From: Lingula anatina
Taxonomy: Eukaryota; Animalia; Brachiopoda
Assembly (NCBI GenBank): GCA_051362555.1
Contig: CM120640.1
Location: forward strand, 41,146,788 to 41,210,787
Length of the DNA stretch: 64,000 nt
Direction of reading: 5' to 3'
The notes under the pieces are model-generated. The model saw only the letters and a list, made by a program, of their open reading frames with translations, was not told the origin of the DNA and ran no database searches. The position numbers and the translations under genes were made by a program. Each line of letters begins with the position of its first letter. The first letter of the stretch is position 1. Positions 50,807-64,000 of this stretch are shown one piece after another.

Positions 50807-53537
50807 TTTTTATGTACAGACACAGATGTGTCTGTACATATTGCCATCACCTGCGTCTGTCGTCGCCGTCGTCGCCGATGGCGATGCCGATGCCGATGCC
50901 GATGCCGTGCACTTTCCTTGTAAACACAATAAGTGGAACACAATTTATTTTTTGCTTTTATATTTACAGAACTGATGAATATTCATAAAACGCAGGTCAA
51001 GTTCGAAAATCAGCATGATGGGGCCATTATAGTAGAAGTTATGCCGTTTTTTCACTTTTCAGCATATATACAACCCTGTAAACACATTTAAAGGAAAACC
51101 ATTAAGCCTGTTGTCATGAAACTCACAGGAGTAATCAATCTTACTAAAACGCAGGACAAGTTCGAAAATCGGCATGATCGGGCCACTATTTTAGTAGTTA
51201 TGCTGATTTTTTCATTTTTCAGCATATATGCAACACTGTAAACACAATATAAGAAAAACAGATAGGCCAATTGTCATTAAACTCACAAAAGTGGTCAATC
51301 TTACTAAAACGCAGGTTGAGTTCGAAAATCAGCATAATCGGGCCATTATTTTAGAAGTTATACTGTTTTTTTCACATTTCCTGAGATTCAATTCTTAGGC
51401 ATGTTAACAGTCTCATTATTGAACTAATAAGATGCGTAAAAGTGTTTGTTTGACATTTCCTGCATCTTTACAATAATGTTAGTTGACTATGTAAAAATTA
51501 TGGTAAACTTGTTATCGTGTATTGTGTAATAAAGTGTCAAAAATGGAATCAAACTCATATCATTGCATTTTGTCAGATTCAATCATTCAGTATGTTCAGA
51601 ATCTCAGAATGGAGGAAATTGGACATTTAACACTGTTCTATTGATATTATTCCCACCTCATCAATTTTCTTAGTTGATCATATAAAAATTGCAGTAAACT
51701 GTTTATTTTGTTTTATGTTAAAAAAGTGTTAAAAATGGAAATAAACCCATGTCAGAACAGTGCTGTCTTGTTTACATTTTGGCATTTTCAAGGTGTGACT
51801 TTGAAGTTCCATTGGCCTGAAGACCTTTGCTGGTCACGTTTTCTGAAAGTCCATGTTACTAATATTTTATTATTTAAAATTGATGGTCATTATGCTGTTA
51901 AACATTATGTAATGTTGCATCAAAATTTGAAGAAACCCCTATTTTGGGCACTGCTCCCATGATGACCATTTCAGAAAAACCATGTCACTTACTGTTTTCA
52001 AACTTACAGGAAAGAAACATGGGACTAAAATACAGCTTCAGTAGGCAATGCAGTCTGTTTGATAAATTTTCTGGCAATTAAAGTTTTTTGTGAAAATTTA
52101 ATTTTTCACATATTTTTCAGCTTATATGCAACACTGATAACACAATATAAGAAAAACAGATAGGCCAATTGTCATTATACTCACAGCCACAGGAGTGGTC
52201 AATCTTACTAAAACGCAGGTTGAGTTTGAAAATCAGCATAATCGGGCCATTATTTTAGTAGTTGTGCTGTTTTTTCACATTTCCTGAGATTCAATTCTTA
52301 GGCATGTTAACAGTCTCATTATTGAACTAATAAGATATGTAAAAGTGTTTGTTTGACATTTCCTGCATCTTTACAATATTGTTAGTTGATTATGTAAAAA
52401 TTATGGTAAACTTGTTATCGTGTTTTGTGTAATAAAGTGTCAAAAATGGAAATAAACTCATATCATTGCAGTTTGTCAGATTCAATCATTCAGTATGTTC
52501 AGAATCTCAGAATGGAAGAAATTGGACATTTAACACTGCTCTATTGACATTTTTCCCATCTCATCAATTTTCTTAGTTGATCATATAAAAATGGCAGTAA
52601 ACTGTTAATTTTGTTTTATGTTAAAATTGTTAAAAATGGGGAAAAAACATTTCAGAACAGTGCTGTCTTGTTTACGTTTTGGCATTTTCAAGTTTTGACT
52701 TTGAAGTTCCATGGGCCTGAAGACCTTTGCTAATCACATTTTCTGAATATCCATAATACTAATATTTTATTAATAAAAGTTGATGATCATTATGCTGTTA
52801 AACATTATGTAATATTGCATCAAAATTTGAAAAAAACATATTTTGGGCACTGCTCCCATGATGACCATTTCAGAAAAACCATGTCACTTACTGTTCTCAA
52901 ACTTACAGGAAAGAAACCTGGGACTAAAATACAGCTTCAGTAGGCAATGCAATCTGTTTGGTAATTCTTACTGCCAGTTAAACAGTTTTTTTGTGAAACT
53001 TTAATTTTTCACATATTGGCATTTTCAAGGTGTGATTTGAAGTTCCACGGGCTTGAATACCCATGCTAGTCACATTTTCTGAAAATACATGATATGTATA
53101 TTTTATTATTAAAAATTGACGGTCATTATGCTGTTAACCATTATGTAATATTGCATCAGAATAGAAGAAAACACAATTTTGGGTGCTGCTGCCATGATGA
53201 CCATTATGGGAAAACCATGTTACTTATGATTGCCAAACTTTCAAAAAAGAAATACAGGACTAAAAATGCAGCCTGAGTTGGAAAAACAGTCTAATTGGCT
53301 TCTTTTTCTGGAAGTTATACATTTTCAAAGTGCGAACTTGAACTCCCATGGGCCTGAAGCCTTATGCTTGTTACACATTTTACTTACATTGGTATTACCT
53401 ATTAAGCATAATTAAAATTTGATGTTGAATTTGTAGTTTAACATAATGTACTTTTGCATCAGAATTGACAGTAGCCTATTTTGTGCATAGTTATTTCCTG
53501 CTTTTTGTCTGTACATTTGACAGCTTTGCTGCCTTGT
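50807..53537 (+). mobile_element. Helentron/HINE-like family 1, third copy between the convergent RMC1 and ELOVL genes
   Basis: Same 5' hairpin, microsatellite and 3' TGTCTGTACATTTGACAGCTTTGCTGCCTTGT; about 0.9-kb internal duplication. Confidence 0.85.
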
Positions 53538-55487
53538 AATAATACTGTAATTTATATAATAAGGTTTCTTTTTTGTCACACAGACACACAACCAATATAC
53601 AAAATAAACATAGAACATGCTTGTAAAAGGGGCCTATAATGCTAAAAATATATTGAAACAATGGTTTTCAACACAAACATCTGCTTATCTTGACAGATTG
53701 AGGTATCATTAATGGAAGGTCATAGAAACATTGTTGCAAAGTCAAACGGATTAAACTGGAAATTCAGGTTAAATAACTATAAGAATTTTATATTTAGATG
53801 TTAAAACAAAAAAATATGACAACAAATTATGTCAACGATTTTCATTGTAGCTGTGTGTTGAATATAAAAACAACCTGAATTTGAACATTTTTAAGTTGTG
53901 AAGCATACATTCTGTGTGTACAAATTATTTTAAGTAGGACATTGAACTATTGTGTGTTCTGACAGAGCATCTTAATCCTATATTCTTTAATTCAATTTCA
54001 AGATAAATTATCTAATTAAGGATTTAAAAAGTTGGCACTTTCTGCTGGATTGTAAACCAAGTATTTTACACATGTATGTAGGTGCAGGTGCCTCTGTGAT
54101 AATACCAGTTATGTTGGTCTTTATCAACATAGACTAGCCTAAGAACATTAAAGGCATATTAAAGAGATATTTTGACTATTCATGCATGTCTAGTTAAAAT
54201 TATCAAAAATGGAAAAGAACATACAGTTTAATTGTAACAAATTACCATAAAACCACTTCTATACAGTTGAAAAAATGAACATTTTATAAAATTCTTCAGT
54301 GACTTAGTAATTTATAACAACGTCTATTGCAACTATATTAACAAAACAAATGGGGCACACTATCATATCAAAGGTTTTAATGAAAAATGGACCCATAGAA
54401 AGATAAAGCAGAGATCAGGGGTAATTACCACTTCAAAGCAAAGTGATTGGACAATTCCTGGAATCCCAGACTTTTCAGTCCCGTCCCATTTGCAAATGAT
54501 TCCACAGCATGAACTATATAAATATAATGGAAAATAGCATGGAAATGAAGATAAAATGCCTTAAAATATGGCACAACTTGCACTTATTGTTTTAGTACGA
54601 GACAACATGAAATATAAAGCACTTACAATTGTTGCAAATGTAAAGACTAGTGGAATTCATTAATTGGTACTAATTTAACTGATACATTTGTACACATATA
54701 AAAGTTCTATTATATCACAGCAAATGAAAATTACAATAATTATATCCAATGTACATCTAAACATTGAAATGTAATCAACCAGCTGTAAAAATAACTTCTG
54801 CTGACCCATTAATATGCAAGCTGAATGCAATCTTTAAAAAACTGAAAAAGGGATGTCTAATGAATTTAACCAAGTAAAACAAAATATACTCCTTCATTTA
54901 TCATGAATATGTGTCCATTCTTGTTTGAAAAAAAAAAGCAGTAGCAACAGTTGCAAAGCAGTGACAACTGACAAGTGACAAACTTGTTACTTTAAAGCAT
55001 GAAAAATTCCTCATAAAGACAAAAAGTCTTACATTTCTTACCAAAAGATGTCAAATCCATGAGTTCCTTCCTCTAATATCTTCACTGAACAATAAACATG
55101 ATAAACAAATATTACAAGAAGGTCACGCAGGCTACAGGTCAAGCATATGCCCATCTTTGCCCAGTGCATGTAAATGTACAAGGGCAAGACACCCTTTAAC
55201 ACTGTTTTGTTTCTGACATTTTATCTGCCGAAACCCCTTTAAAATGTTCTTACACACACCCAATGGGACTCAATAACAACCATTAGTTGCATTCTTTCCT
55301 CTCAAACAGTCGAAAAATTTAAAAAATCAAAAATAATGCCACCAGTGCTTTTGTTTTACACTGTAAATTCTCAACAAAATAGAGGTGATATTTTAAGGCA
55401 CCATAATTTTTCCTACAGAAAAACTTACTTTTTGTAAGTGGTTGAAGCATATCAAAAACACTTAAGTTTTAACAATGTATGAAATCA

Positions 55488-58400
55488 TTAATCAGCTTTC
55501 AGAGAAATGTAGCCATTCTTAATATGTCCATCGCCTCCTTTGGCATGCCCATTTGTAGCACCATTGCTATGATGATCAGTTTTTATATGGATTCTCTTCT
55601 TGAAGAAATAGGCATGAACATAGAAATTCATGAAAAGAATCAGCATGAGAACCATGTAGCCAGTCAGGAGGTATTTTCCCCATGCTGGATAGTGACATTG
55701 GTTTCTAAATGAGTTAAGTGTGTGGCTCAGAGTGATACAAAACTGTATCTGAAAAATAAATCATGAAAAATTATAGGACCTGTATTTCATACAGATATTT
55801 TGGGAATATAAACATTTTACAAATATTTATCTAATATTAAATATCAATACCATGGTAATTCTTATGGCACTGACAGCAAAAGACAGAAAAGCAATAAAAG
55901 TGAAATTTTGTTTGGGGTTCATAAATATGATGACTGTATGCTTATGTCTATAAACCTGATACCAACTACCTACCAGCTGGAATTTTGTGATGTATTTTTT
56001 CCACCAGAGATGTTTTCTTACAGAAGGTATGGCTGACAGTCCATAGTAGAGGTACATCACAACATGGACTAGGCAGTTCAGGCTGCTTCCATGGGATGCT
56101 GAAGAAAAAAGGAGAATTTAAAATCAAAAATACACAGAGGCTAGGCACTTTTTTCTAAAAAATTAACTGATAACAAGGAAAATCAGTGATACATATTTTG
56201 AAATGTGTTAAACAAAACTTGGCCACAAACTTCAAGGGTGTCGTATGTTATTTTTTCTCAATTTACATTTAGCAGGCCATCAAGTTAAAAAAAGCCTCCA
56301 AAATTAAAAAAAAAAAATAAGAGGAAAATATTAATTTAATTGCTAAAGTACAACAAAAATAGCAATTATTCCATAATAAAAATGACATCCCCAATACCCC
56401 TGAAGTCTTCATGGTCCACCACACTTGTCTTTATTTACTTATATTTAATGACACAATAACATTGCTACAACAAGCTTTTAGCTCTAGACAATATATGGAT
56501 TATACATGTACCAAAGTATTTAGAAGCTATATTAACAAAGTGATAGATTTTTCCAGGGAAATTTTTAAAAAAATCTCCAGAAATATAAAAAGACAGAGAA
56601 AATGGAAGATTTTTGGAATGTAATGCTCTAATGTTTTGATTGACTTGGAGCTGTAAAGTGTAACTGGAATGGAGGCTACTGATAACTCTTTCAAGGCCTG
56701 ACTTGACCCCACCTGAAAATGCACCAATATGGGGAGCTGTCAAATTCCAAATGATGTTCATATCACAAAACATACAGATACTCAAATGCTTTCATATCAG
56801 CATGAAGTGTGCTCTAGATATTCCAAGCATCTCTCACTTCATCTGAGTTAAAGCCTGCTTAGCTTATGATGATGACTATCACCCCATTTCCATAGATTAG
56901 ATCAACCTACTTTAGATCGACCTAACTCCCTGGGGGTTCACGCTAAATAGCTGTCAGCGGGGCGGACACGAAAGTTAATTACCTCCTTACAGCTTGTAGT
57001 AGGCGGAACGGACATTTAAGTCGGATTATCTGAAAGTAATCTAATGAGACTCCCCGCGGGGATAGATCGATCTAAAATCTATGGGAATAGAGCCTATTAC
57101 TGCTATCTTTTTGTGTATGATAAATGATGATTGAGTGGTACACATAAAAAAATCAGATAATTTCATAGACTACCAAATCATTTCAGTAGATAAAGTTATT
57201 TATAATGAAAGCAAAATGCAAACAACTTCTGATGACCTTGAAATTCATTAGAGATATATACGTTCGAAAAAGTTATTTGAGTGCATTATTTAAAGTCTTA
57301 TCGTTATGTCAAATGCACTTTATCCCCAAAATATCACTGCACTTTGAAATGATATAAAATTGGTTCATGAACGTGGCAGCAGGTATCAAGTAGCCAGTTT
57401 TCACCCTGTAATGTATATACCATATGCACACTACTTTAGTGAAAAGTATACAGTACAGTAGGTGAAAAAATCTTTACAGCAGGGGCATTAGTAGTCTAGT
57501 TCTTTGATTAGAATACAGTTTCGCCAGACAATATTAATTAGTTGATTTTTGAGTGTGACTGACCCTTATTTTGAGGAATTTTTTTTTTCAAAAGGAAAAA
57601 GGTATTGGTTGGGTAAATCAGAAAATTAATGAGGTACCCGCAGAAAAACCAGACTGCTGTTATTTTTATACCCTCACTGTACGTGCATGTCATTTCCTCC
57701 CCCTAAAGTTTAATTTAAATAGATCATAAAATTCAGCAGCTATGCTTGTTACATGTTTTAAAAACAAAAATAAATTTTGTCTATCAATTCTGCTCAGAGA
57801 GACACTGCTTGTTAACCAGTTTATCAGATTTCCAGTCTCTTTTTCTATTATGCAGCATGTCTTGACCTCTGCTAGGAATTTAGCTTCCCTGATTTCTGAA
57901 ACATGGTCATTGTACCACCAGCGTTAGCGCTGGCGGTACACATGGTTTCGGTCCCGTCCGGATCGTTCCGCCGGCTCTGCCGGCTCCGTTGGCTCCGCCG
58001 GACGGCTACCGTTACCGCTTCTCCTCCTAGACGGTAAGGGCCCCCGTACCCATCTCATGGATTTAGGTCACCTATAATCTCAACTCGTTCCACGTAAAAT
58101 TTGGGCTTTGTCGGTATTGGGGTCTGGGTGTGGCACTCATTGCAATGCACCCTTGTCTAAAAATGGCAAAATTAAATGCTAATTATCTACCCTACAGAAG
58201 GAGTTATGGGAAAAATTTCTATAGACGGCTTTCCAAAAGTCATATGTGTAGATTTCAAATATACCCTTGGATTTGACCTTTGACCTCTACTTCAAGGTCA
58301 AATGGGCCAAAATTTAAAAAAAAATGAAATTTTTTACGAAAAAAATTTTTTTTGCCCTGTTATTCAGACACCACACAGACTTAACCAATAATATTATTGG

Positions 58401-61400
58401 AAAGTGTTACCCTTCAGGTCATCTTTCATCTCCATGAATTTGGGGTCAATCGGTGCATTTTCACGGGAGTAGCGGCCATAAGATACCAAAACTGAAAACT
58501 GTCTCTAATTTGGGAACTGTTAATGCTAGAGACCCATTCTTTTTTGCATTTTGTAGAGCATGTAAAGCCCAACACTGGAGGTGGTCTCGGTTTTTTTGTA
58601 TTCCATACGGTTTTCGAGTTACGCTGTATCAAAAAGTACATATTGGTGGTAAAAGCAAAATGTGCAGTACGGTAATGGATAATAAATTTTGAACTCTGGA
58701 AAAATAAAACATAAGGCTTGGCAAAGCAGACAACTTGTGTTCAAAAATGACATTATTTCATCAAATTTGAACTTCTGAAACTTCAGAGCACCTCCTATTT
58801 CAAGAATTTTGACCAAAATGACATTTTCTTTATTTTAATTAATTTTTTCTGTACGAAATTTAAGGCACATTATGGTAACTCCAAAATTATAACATCTAGT
58901 CCCTTATATCTCCAAAACTGGCAGAGATAGGTCCATAGTTACTATTGAAGTTGAATAGGAAGTCATATACTGGCAATCTTACTATGACCTGAAATTGACC
59001 TTTGACCTACTTTTCACCATGAACTGAACTTTGCAAATTTTTCTTCCCTTTTATCTCCAAAACTGGCAGAGATAGGTCCATAGTTACTATTGAACTTGAA
59101 TAGGAAGTCATATACTGGCAATCTAAATGTGACCTTAAAATTGACCTTTGACCTACTTTACACCATGAACTGAATTTTGCAAATTTTGCTTTCCTTTTAT
59201 CTCCAAAACTGGCAGAGATAGGTCCGTAGTTACTATTGAACTTGAATAGGAAGTCATATACTGGCAATCTATATGTGACATTAAAATTGACCTTTGACCT
59301 ACTTTTCACCATGAACTGAATTTTGCAAATTTTGCTTTCCTTTTATCTCCAAAACTGGCTGAGATAGGTCCATAGTTACTATTGAACTTGAATAGGAAGT
59401 CATATACTGGCAATCTAAATGTGACCTTGAAATTGACCTTTGACCTACTTTTCACCATAAACTGAACTTTGCAAAATTTGCTTCCCTTTTATCTCCAAAA
59501 CTGGCAGAGATAGGTCCATAGTTACTATTGAACTTGAATAGGAAGTCATATACTGGCAATCTAAATGTGACCTTAAAATTGACCTTTGTCCTACTTTTCA
59601 CCATAAACTGAACTTTGCAAATTTTGCTTCCCTTTTATCTCCAAAACTGGCAGAGATAGGTCCATAGTTACTATTGAACTTGAATAGGAAGTCATATACT
59701 GGCAATCTAAATGTGACCTTGAAATTGACCTTTGACCTATTTTTCACCATGAACTGAACTTTGCAAACTTTTCTTCCCTTTTATCTCCAAAACTGGCTGA
59801 GATAGGTCCATAGTTACTATTGAACTTGAATAGAAAGTCATATACTGGCAATCTAAATGTGACCTTGAAATTGACCTTTGACCTACTTTTCACCATGAAC
59901 TGAATTTTGCAAATTTTGCTTCCCTTTTATCTCCAAAACTGGCTGGGATAGGTCCATAGTTACTATTGAAGTTGAATAGGAAGTCCTATACTGGCAATCT
60001 AAGTGTGACCTTGAAATTGACCTTTGACCTACTTTTTATCATGAACTGAACTCTGTTTATTTCTTTCTCTTTTAACTTCAAACTTGACAGAGATAGGTCC
60101 ATAGTTACTCTTGAACTTGAATAGGAAGTCATATACTGGCAATTTACTGTGACCTTGAAATTGACCCTTGACCTACCTTACGAAGAACTTAAATTTGATT
60201 GTACCATATATATTTTTTGCAATAGTTTAAAAATTCTTGTTGATTGCATTTTTACAGCTTGTCAAGCACAAAACTGGTGGCTGTGTCCCTTATTTTGTGT
60301 ATGTGGGGGTCTATACGAATGCGTTTGCTCCAGCTGGTGGTACAATATTTGGAGGCGGTATCGCCTCTCTGATCCTCTAGTTTTATTCACCTTCATTGTG
60401 AGTCCTAACACCCAAACACACATTGTTGGCTAGACAGGCCCCAAATCCTGGGGACAATTTTGGATACAAATAGAGTATTGTAAATACTGTTAAGTTTCTA
60501 AAACTAAATATCATTTCTATGAAATCTAAGATGAGATGACTTCATTTAGAAAAAATATGGTCAGGTGTGCATTTTATGCACCTGCTGGGAGTTTAGCAAT
60601 GTTCACTGTTGATCTTGAAGCAAAAATTAAGACGGCTAAGGAGTTCAGCCCCCCAGGATACAACAATTACTCAAGACTAATCCTCAGAATAACTTGACTT
60701 GCAAAAATAAATATAGGATAAGCAGGGATGAGATTTTCCCAGACTTTTGAGATTGATGCAGATCTACAATTAAGACTCTGGGGGTGGGGGGTAGGGGTAA
60801 ATTTCGTCCATGCCTCTGCCCCTGGACCCTGTAGAGGGCCTCAGCAGCCCCCTGGACCCCACGCCAAATTTTCAAAATTCAGTCCCATCCCTGTACAAGT
60901 ACTAATTATATAAGAAAGAGATATTATATTTGTTCAAAAGCATTGTGATTGTAGGGAATAATTGGGTATTTATAGGTCTTTAGGGCATGAAATCATATTT
61001 TAATTATAATTTTTGTTTGGTAACTAATCGTTGTCATCAAGGCCATGTATACCGTATTTTGCACATATATGTTTTCATACTCTCATAGAACATTTATGCC
61101 ACTGATAATTTTTTACTTAATCATTGTAGCTTTTGACAAAGATATATTTTATGTGCATTAAGCTGTTTATAGAAAAGAACCCAGACAAAATGTACAACTA
61201 TAAATGTCTATGTACCTGGCTGTCATCTTATCTGGCACACTGTAGATTTAAAGCATGTCTTACTGGTTTATTATGCCATGAGCAAATAATATGCTATCTG
61301 CTTTGAAAACCCGTCAGCCCCTCAGGTGTTTTTGAAATTACTTGCTGTTAAGATCCACTTTGCAGGTATTATAGCCACATGTGTCAAGCTTCAAGTGAAT

Positions 61401-63877
61401 GAATGAGAATGACATATTGCACACAGGTGACAAGCATCTGATATTAAATAATACACAGTACAATATGCAGCTGTCTTCCATGACCCACAGTAAATGAAGG
61501 AACCTCCTACCCAAAACCCCTGCGACCTGCATTCATGTGGTATTTCCACTGAACTTAAATTTAAGTGACAAACCTTCTCCATAAGCTAAGATAAAAAGAT
61601 GTACCCTTCTGCCATTAGGATTCAGTAATGAATGTCATCTCAATTTTCATAAATCTACCTAGGGTAGATAAAAAGATGTACCCTTCTGCCATTAGGATTC
61701 AGTAATGAATATCATCTCAATTTTCATAAATCTACCTAGGGTAAAAGCACAAATATAGGGGTCCCTCCCACAATCCTTATATATATACTTGTGTGTGTGT
61801 GTGTGTGTTTGATGAAAATTTATGCTCTCATAATTCAATTGCCCTACCTCATCCCCTTTCAACAAAAAATATTATAATAATGAGTTATTTGTACAAAAAG
61901 TATTGTGTTCAAAAATATTAATTTTGTACATTATGATCCCATAGAAATACTTAGTGAATGGTCCAACTTACACAGGCCTCCTGGTGCAAACACCATGACC
62001 CACCACCATATATTTAACATAGAGATGTGATGAAACCAGTGGAGAAAGGTAACCTGGTCATTCTTCTTCCTCAACACCATTAACACAGTGTCCATCAGTT
62101 CTATGGCTTTGGAGAAGAAGTACCACCATAAAACTTTGGCAACCTGGATAAAAAGAACATTGAATACTTTATGAGCAAACACCTTTCCTAGCTAAATATC
62201 AAAATCAAAAAACAATCTTCATGTCTGAACTGTTTATTTACCAAAATGCTTACATTTCTTTTGACAATAAATTATTGCAACAGAAATGTCAAATACTAAT
62301 GCATGATTTTAAGTTTCTATAAATTAGTGCCCAAAAACAATTTTCAAAAATATGTTTCAAAAATAGTTTTGGCATATCAAGGTCCACGCAATACATAGTA
62401 CTTTTTCTTACCCTCAGCTCTTTGGGATCGTTCACATCTACAGTTTCTACATCGTATTCTGCACAAAGCAGGCCATAATTGGCAGCAAAGGAACTCAAAA
62501 ATATCTGCAAAGAAGAAACAAGTGACCAAAAATTAGCTAAAAGTTGTCTGTTTCAAAGAGTGCTATTTTACAGGGAACTGCCTTTGGAAATCTTGTAAGG
62601 AATTTGCAAAGTTACTTCAAATTCAATAAAATCTATATTGGATTTTGGTACTATCACTCAACTCACTAACCTTCTAATTTCTACCAGGCCCACAGATTGA
62701 TTTTTCACTAGATATTCACAAATATGTCTCAAGATAAATGATGGTACTTTTCTGCACTGTGCATCAGAGAAAAGTGCACATAATTATCTGCCACTTTGTA
62801 GAGGGTGCTAATCTTCCAGGGGTCCTTACAATGTCTTAGCACTTATGAACAGCACTCTAATGAGTTCTAAACTCAAACATAAAACAGCTACATGCATTCC
62901 TTGGAAGTGCAATTTTTGAGCAGGGATAGTTATTTTATCAATACAAGAAAAATAAATGATCTAAAAAGCAACCTGGAGAAAAAATTGAAGGATTCAAGAA
63001 AACAAAAACCCTGTTTACTATCCCATTAAGTGTGTTGTAATAAAAGAAATAGAAGAGGAAAAGTAATAATAATCCCACTGCCAAACATTTGTGTAACAGA
63101 TTTGCCAGAGATGTATTGATCACATGGAATTCATTACCAACAATTTTCCAGCAAAAACTAATTTTTATTTTATTTAATAACCAATTATTAAAAGACATTC
63201 TTACAGACTATCATGTTTTTAAAGTTCTTTTTGTACTTTCTGTACAGCAAGGTAAGACAAATGATAAAAAACAAATATATCAAATTTGGCAAAAAAAGGT
63301 ATGTTTAACTTGAATTTGAGAGAACCCTAGATCGAGACTCAATTAAGAACATTTAAGTATTTATCCAAAGTATTTTCACTGGATAAAATACCTCCAGCCT
63401 AAAAGTTTATTTCAGTGAGAAATGAAATACTACATATACATGTAGATCTATAGTTGTTTGCTGTTAGCTAATGGCCAATCTGGCAAAGCTTTCACAAATA
63501 TGGTCCTACATGTATAGTGTAAATGAGGTCGGATATGTGTCATGCATTCATATACACAAATAAATCTCAAACCTCTTTTAAACTTTGAGGTTGTTCACAT
63601 TTGTGGATTTTTTTATTCCACCTGGGTGTGCTACGAATAACCATTATATCACCCATCATCTATGACATATTTATGATATCACTTACCTCAATCACCATGT
63701 AAGCAGACAAAACAACCAGACCCATGTTGTATGCTACCAGCAACCCTTGCACTTGCAATGGCTTTCTGTTTTTCATGAATACTGGTCCAAGGTATACAAA
63801 TGCTACATATAATACTGTGATAAGCCAGACATTGTAAGGTGAATTTCCTATAAGAAGCCAGTCTTTTGTTCTTGGGT
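55488..63877 (-). CDS. Elongation of very long chain fatty acids protein, Elovl2/5-like (5'-partial)
   Basis: Minus-strand exons 63877-63687, 62504-62412, 62143-61972, 56098-55974, 55748-55488 splice in frame: DPRTKDWLL..., [34 protein letters not shown] (HxxHH box), [47 protein letters not shown], ending SLKAD*. The ELOVL family is secure; the 2/5 subfamily is inferred. Confidence 0.92.
56882..57093. mobile_element. MITE family A, copy 2 (inverted relative to copy 1)
   Basis: Shares GGGGGTTCACGCTAAAT, CCTTACAGCTT and GTAGGCGG cores with the reverse complement of 1348-1570; imperfect TIRs. Confidence 0.8.
57910..60381 (+). mobile_element. Helentron/HINE-like element family 2 in ELOVL intron
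   Basis: 5' TTGTACCACCAGC-GTTAGC-GCTGGCGGTACA hairpin, GC-rich CCG microsatellite-like tract, central tandem array, 3' sub-TIR GCTGGTGGTACAAT, hairpin GAGGCG-GTAT-CGCCTC, CTAGT end into a T run. Confidence 0.85.
58905..60177. repeat. 146-bp tandem satellite array, about 9 units
   Basis: TCCAAAACTGG recurs at 58911, 59056, 59202, 59348, 59494, 59640, 59786, 59932, with a diverged unit at about 60077. Confidence 0.95.
60723..60893. mobile_element. Short MITE-like element
   Basis: TIR CAGGGATGAGA / TCCCATCCCTG; GC-rich interior; TSD not clean. Confidence 0.55.
61589..61742. repeat. 77-bp tandem duplication
   Basis: AGATAAAAAGATGTACCC...CTACCTAGGGT twice with one mismatch. Confidence 0.92.
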
Positions 63878-64000
63878 CTGGAAAATAGCAAGGAAACTAT
63901 TAACTGTTCATTATACTGACCTGGCAGCACAGAAAATTTTGCAGTAAAAAAAAAAAAGTCTAAAAATGAACAACTTTCTTCTTTAGCCTTAAGTTGGCTA

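Noticed and set aside
58905-60177. Regular repeat array resembling a CRISPR locus
   Set aside because: Whole 146-bp units are near-identical with no unique spacers; eukaryotic context and no cas genes
1-64000. LRP5/6 or LRP1/2 identity for the receptor; tRNA or rRNA genes
   Set aside because: Eight N-terminal LDLa repeats plus four propellers, NPxY and a PDZ ligand fit LRP4; no tRNA or rRNA sequence was recognised by eye

Overview
Eukaryotic, AT-rich and CpG-depleted invertebrate genomic DNA; a mollusc-like lophotrochozoan is inferred from the Elovl2/5-type protein and the Helentron-satellite repeats. Three intron-containing genes: (1) LRP4 on + (34 coding exons read by hand, 5009-31004; signal-peptide exon not found, presumably left of the window); (2) complete RMC1/C18orf8 on + (19 exons, 33423-49777) with a U12-type GT-AG intron; (3) Elovl2/5-like fatty acid elongase on - (5 exons, 63877-55488; first exon right of the window). 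Introns carry many DNA transposons. The main one is a decayed two-ORF ISL2EU-like (PIF/Harbinger-related) element whose THAP domain closely resembles vertebrate THAP11/Ronin. There are also four Helentron/HINE-like elements (one inserted into a copy of its own family, one carrying a 146-bp array rich in perfect DR1 nuclear-receptor motifs inside the elongase), a Harbinger-like element and several MITEs. Family assignments rest on recalled motifs; no database search was run. Most entries in the supplied ORF track are exon fragments or noise.
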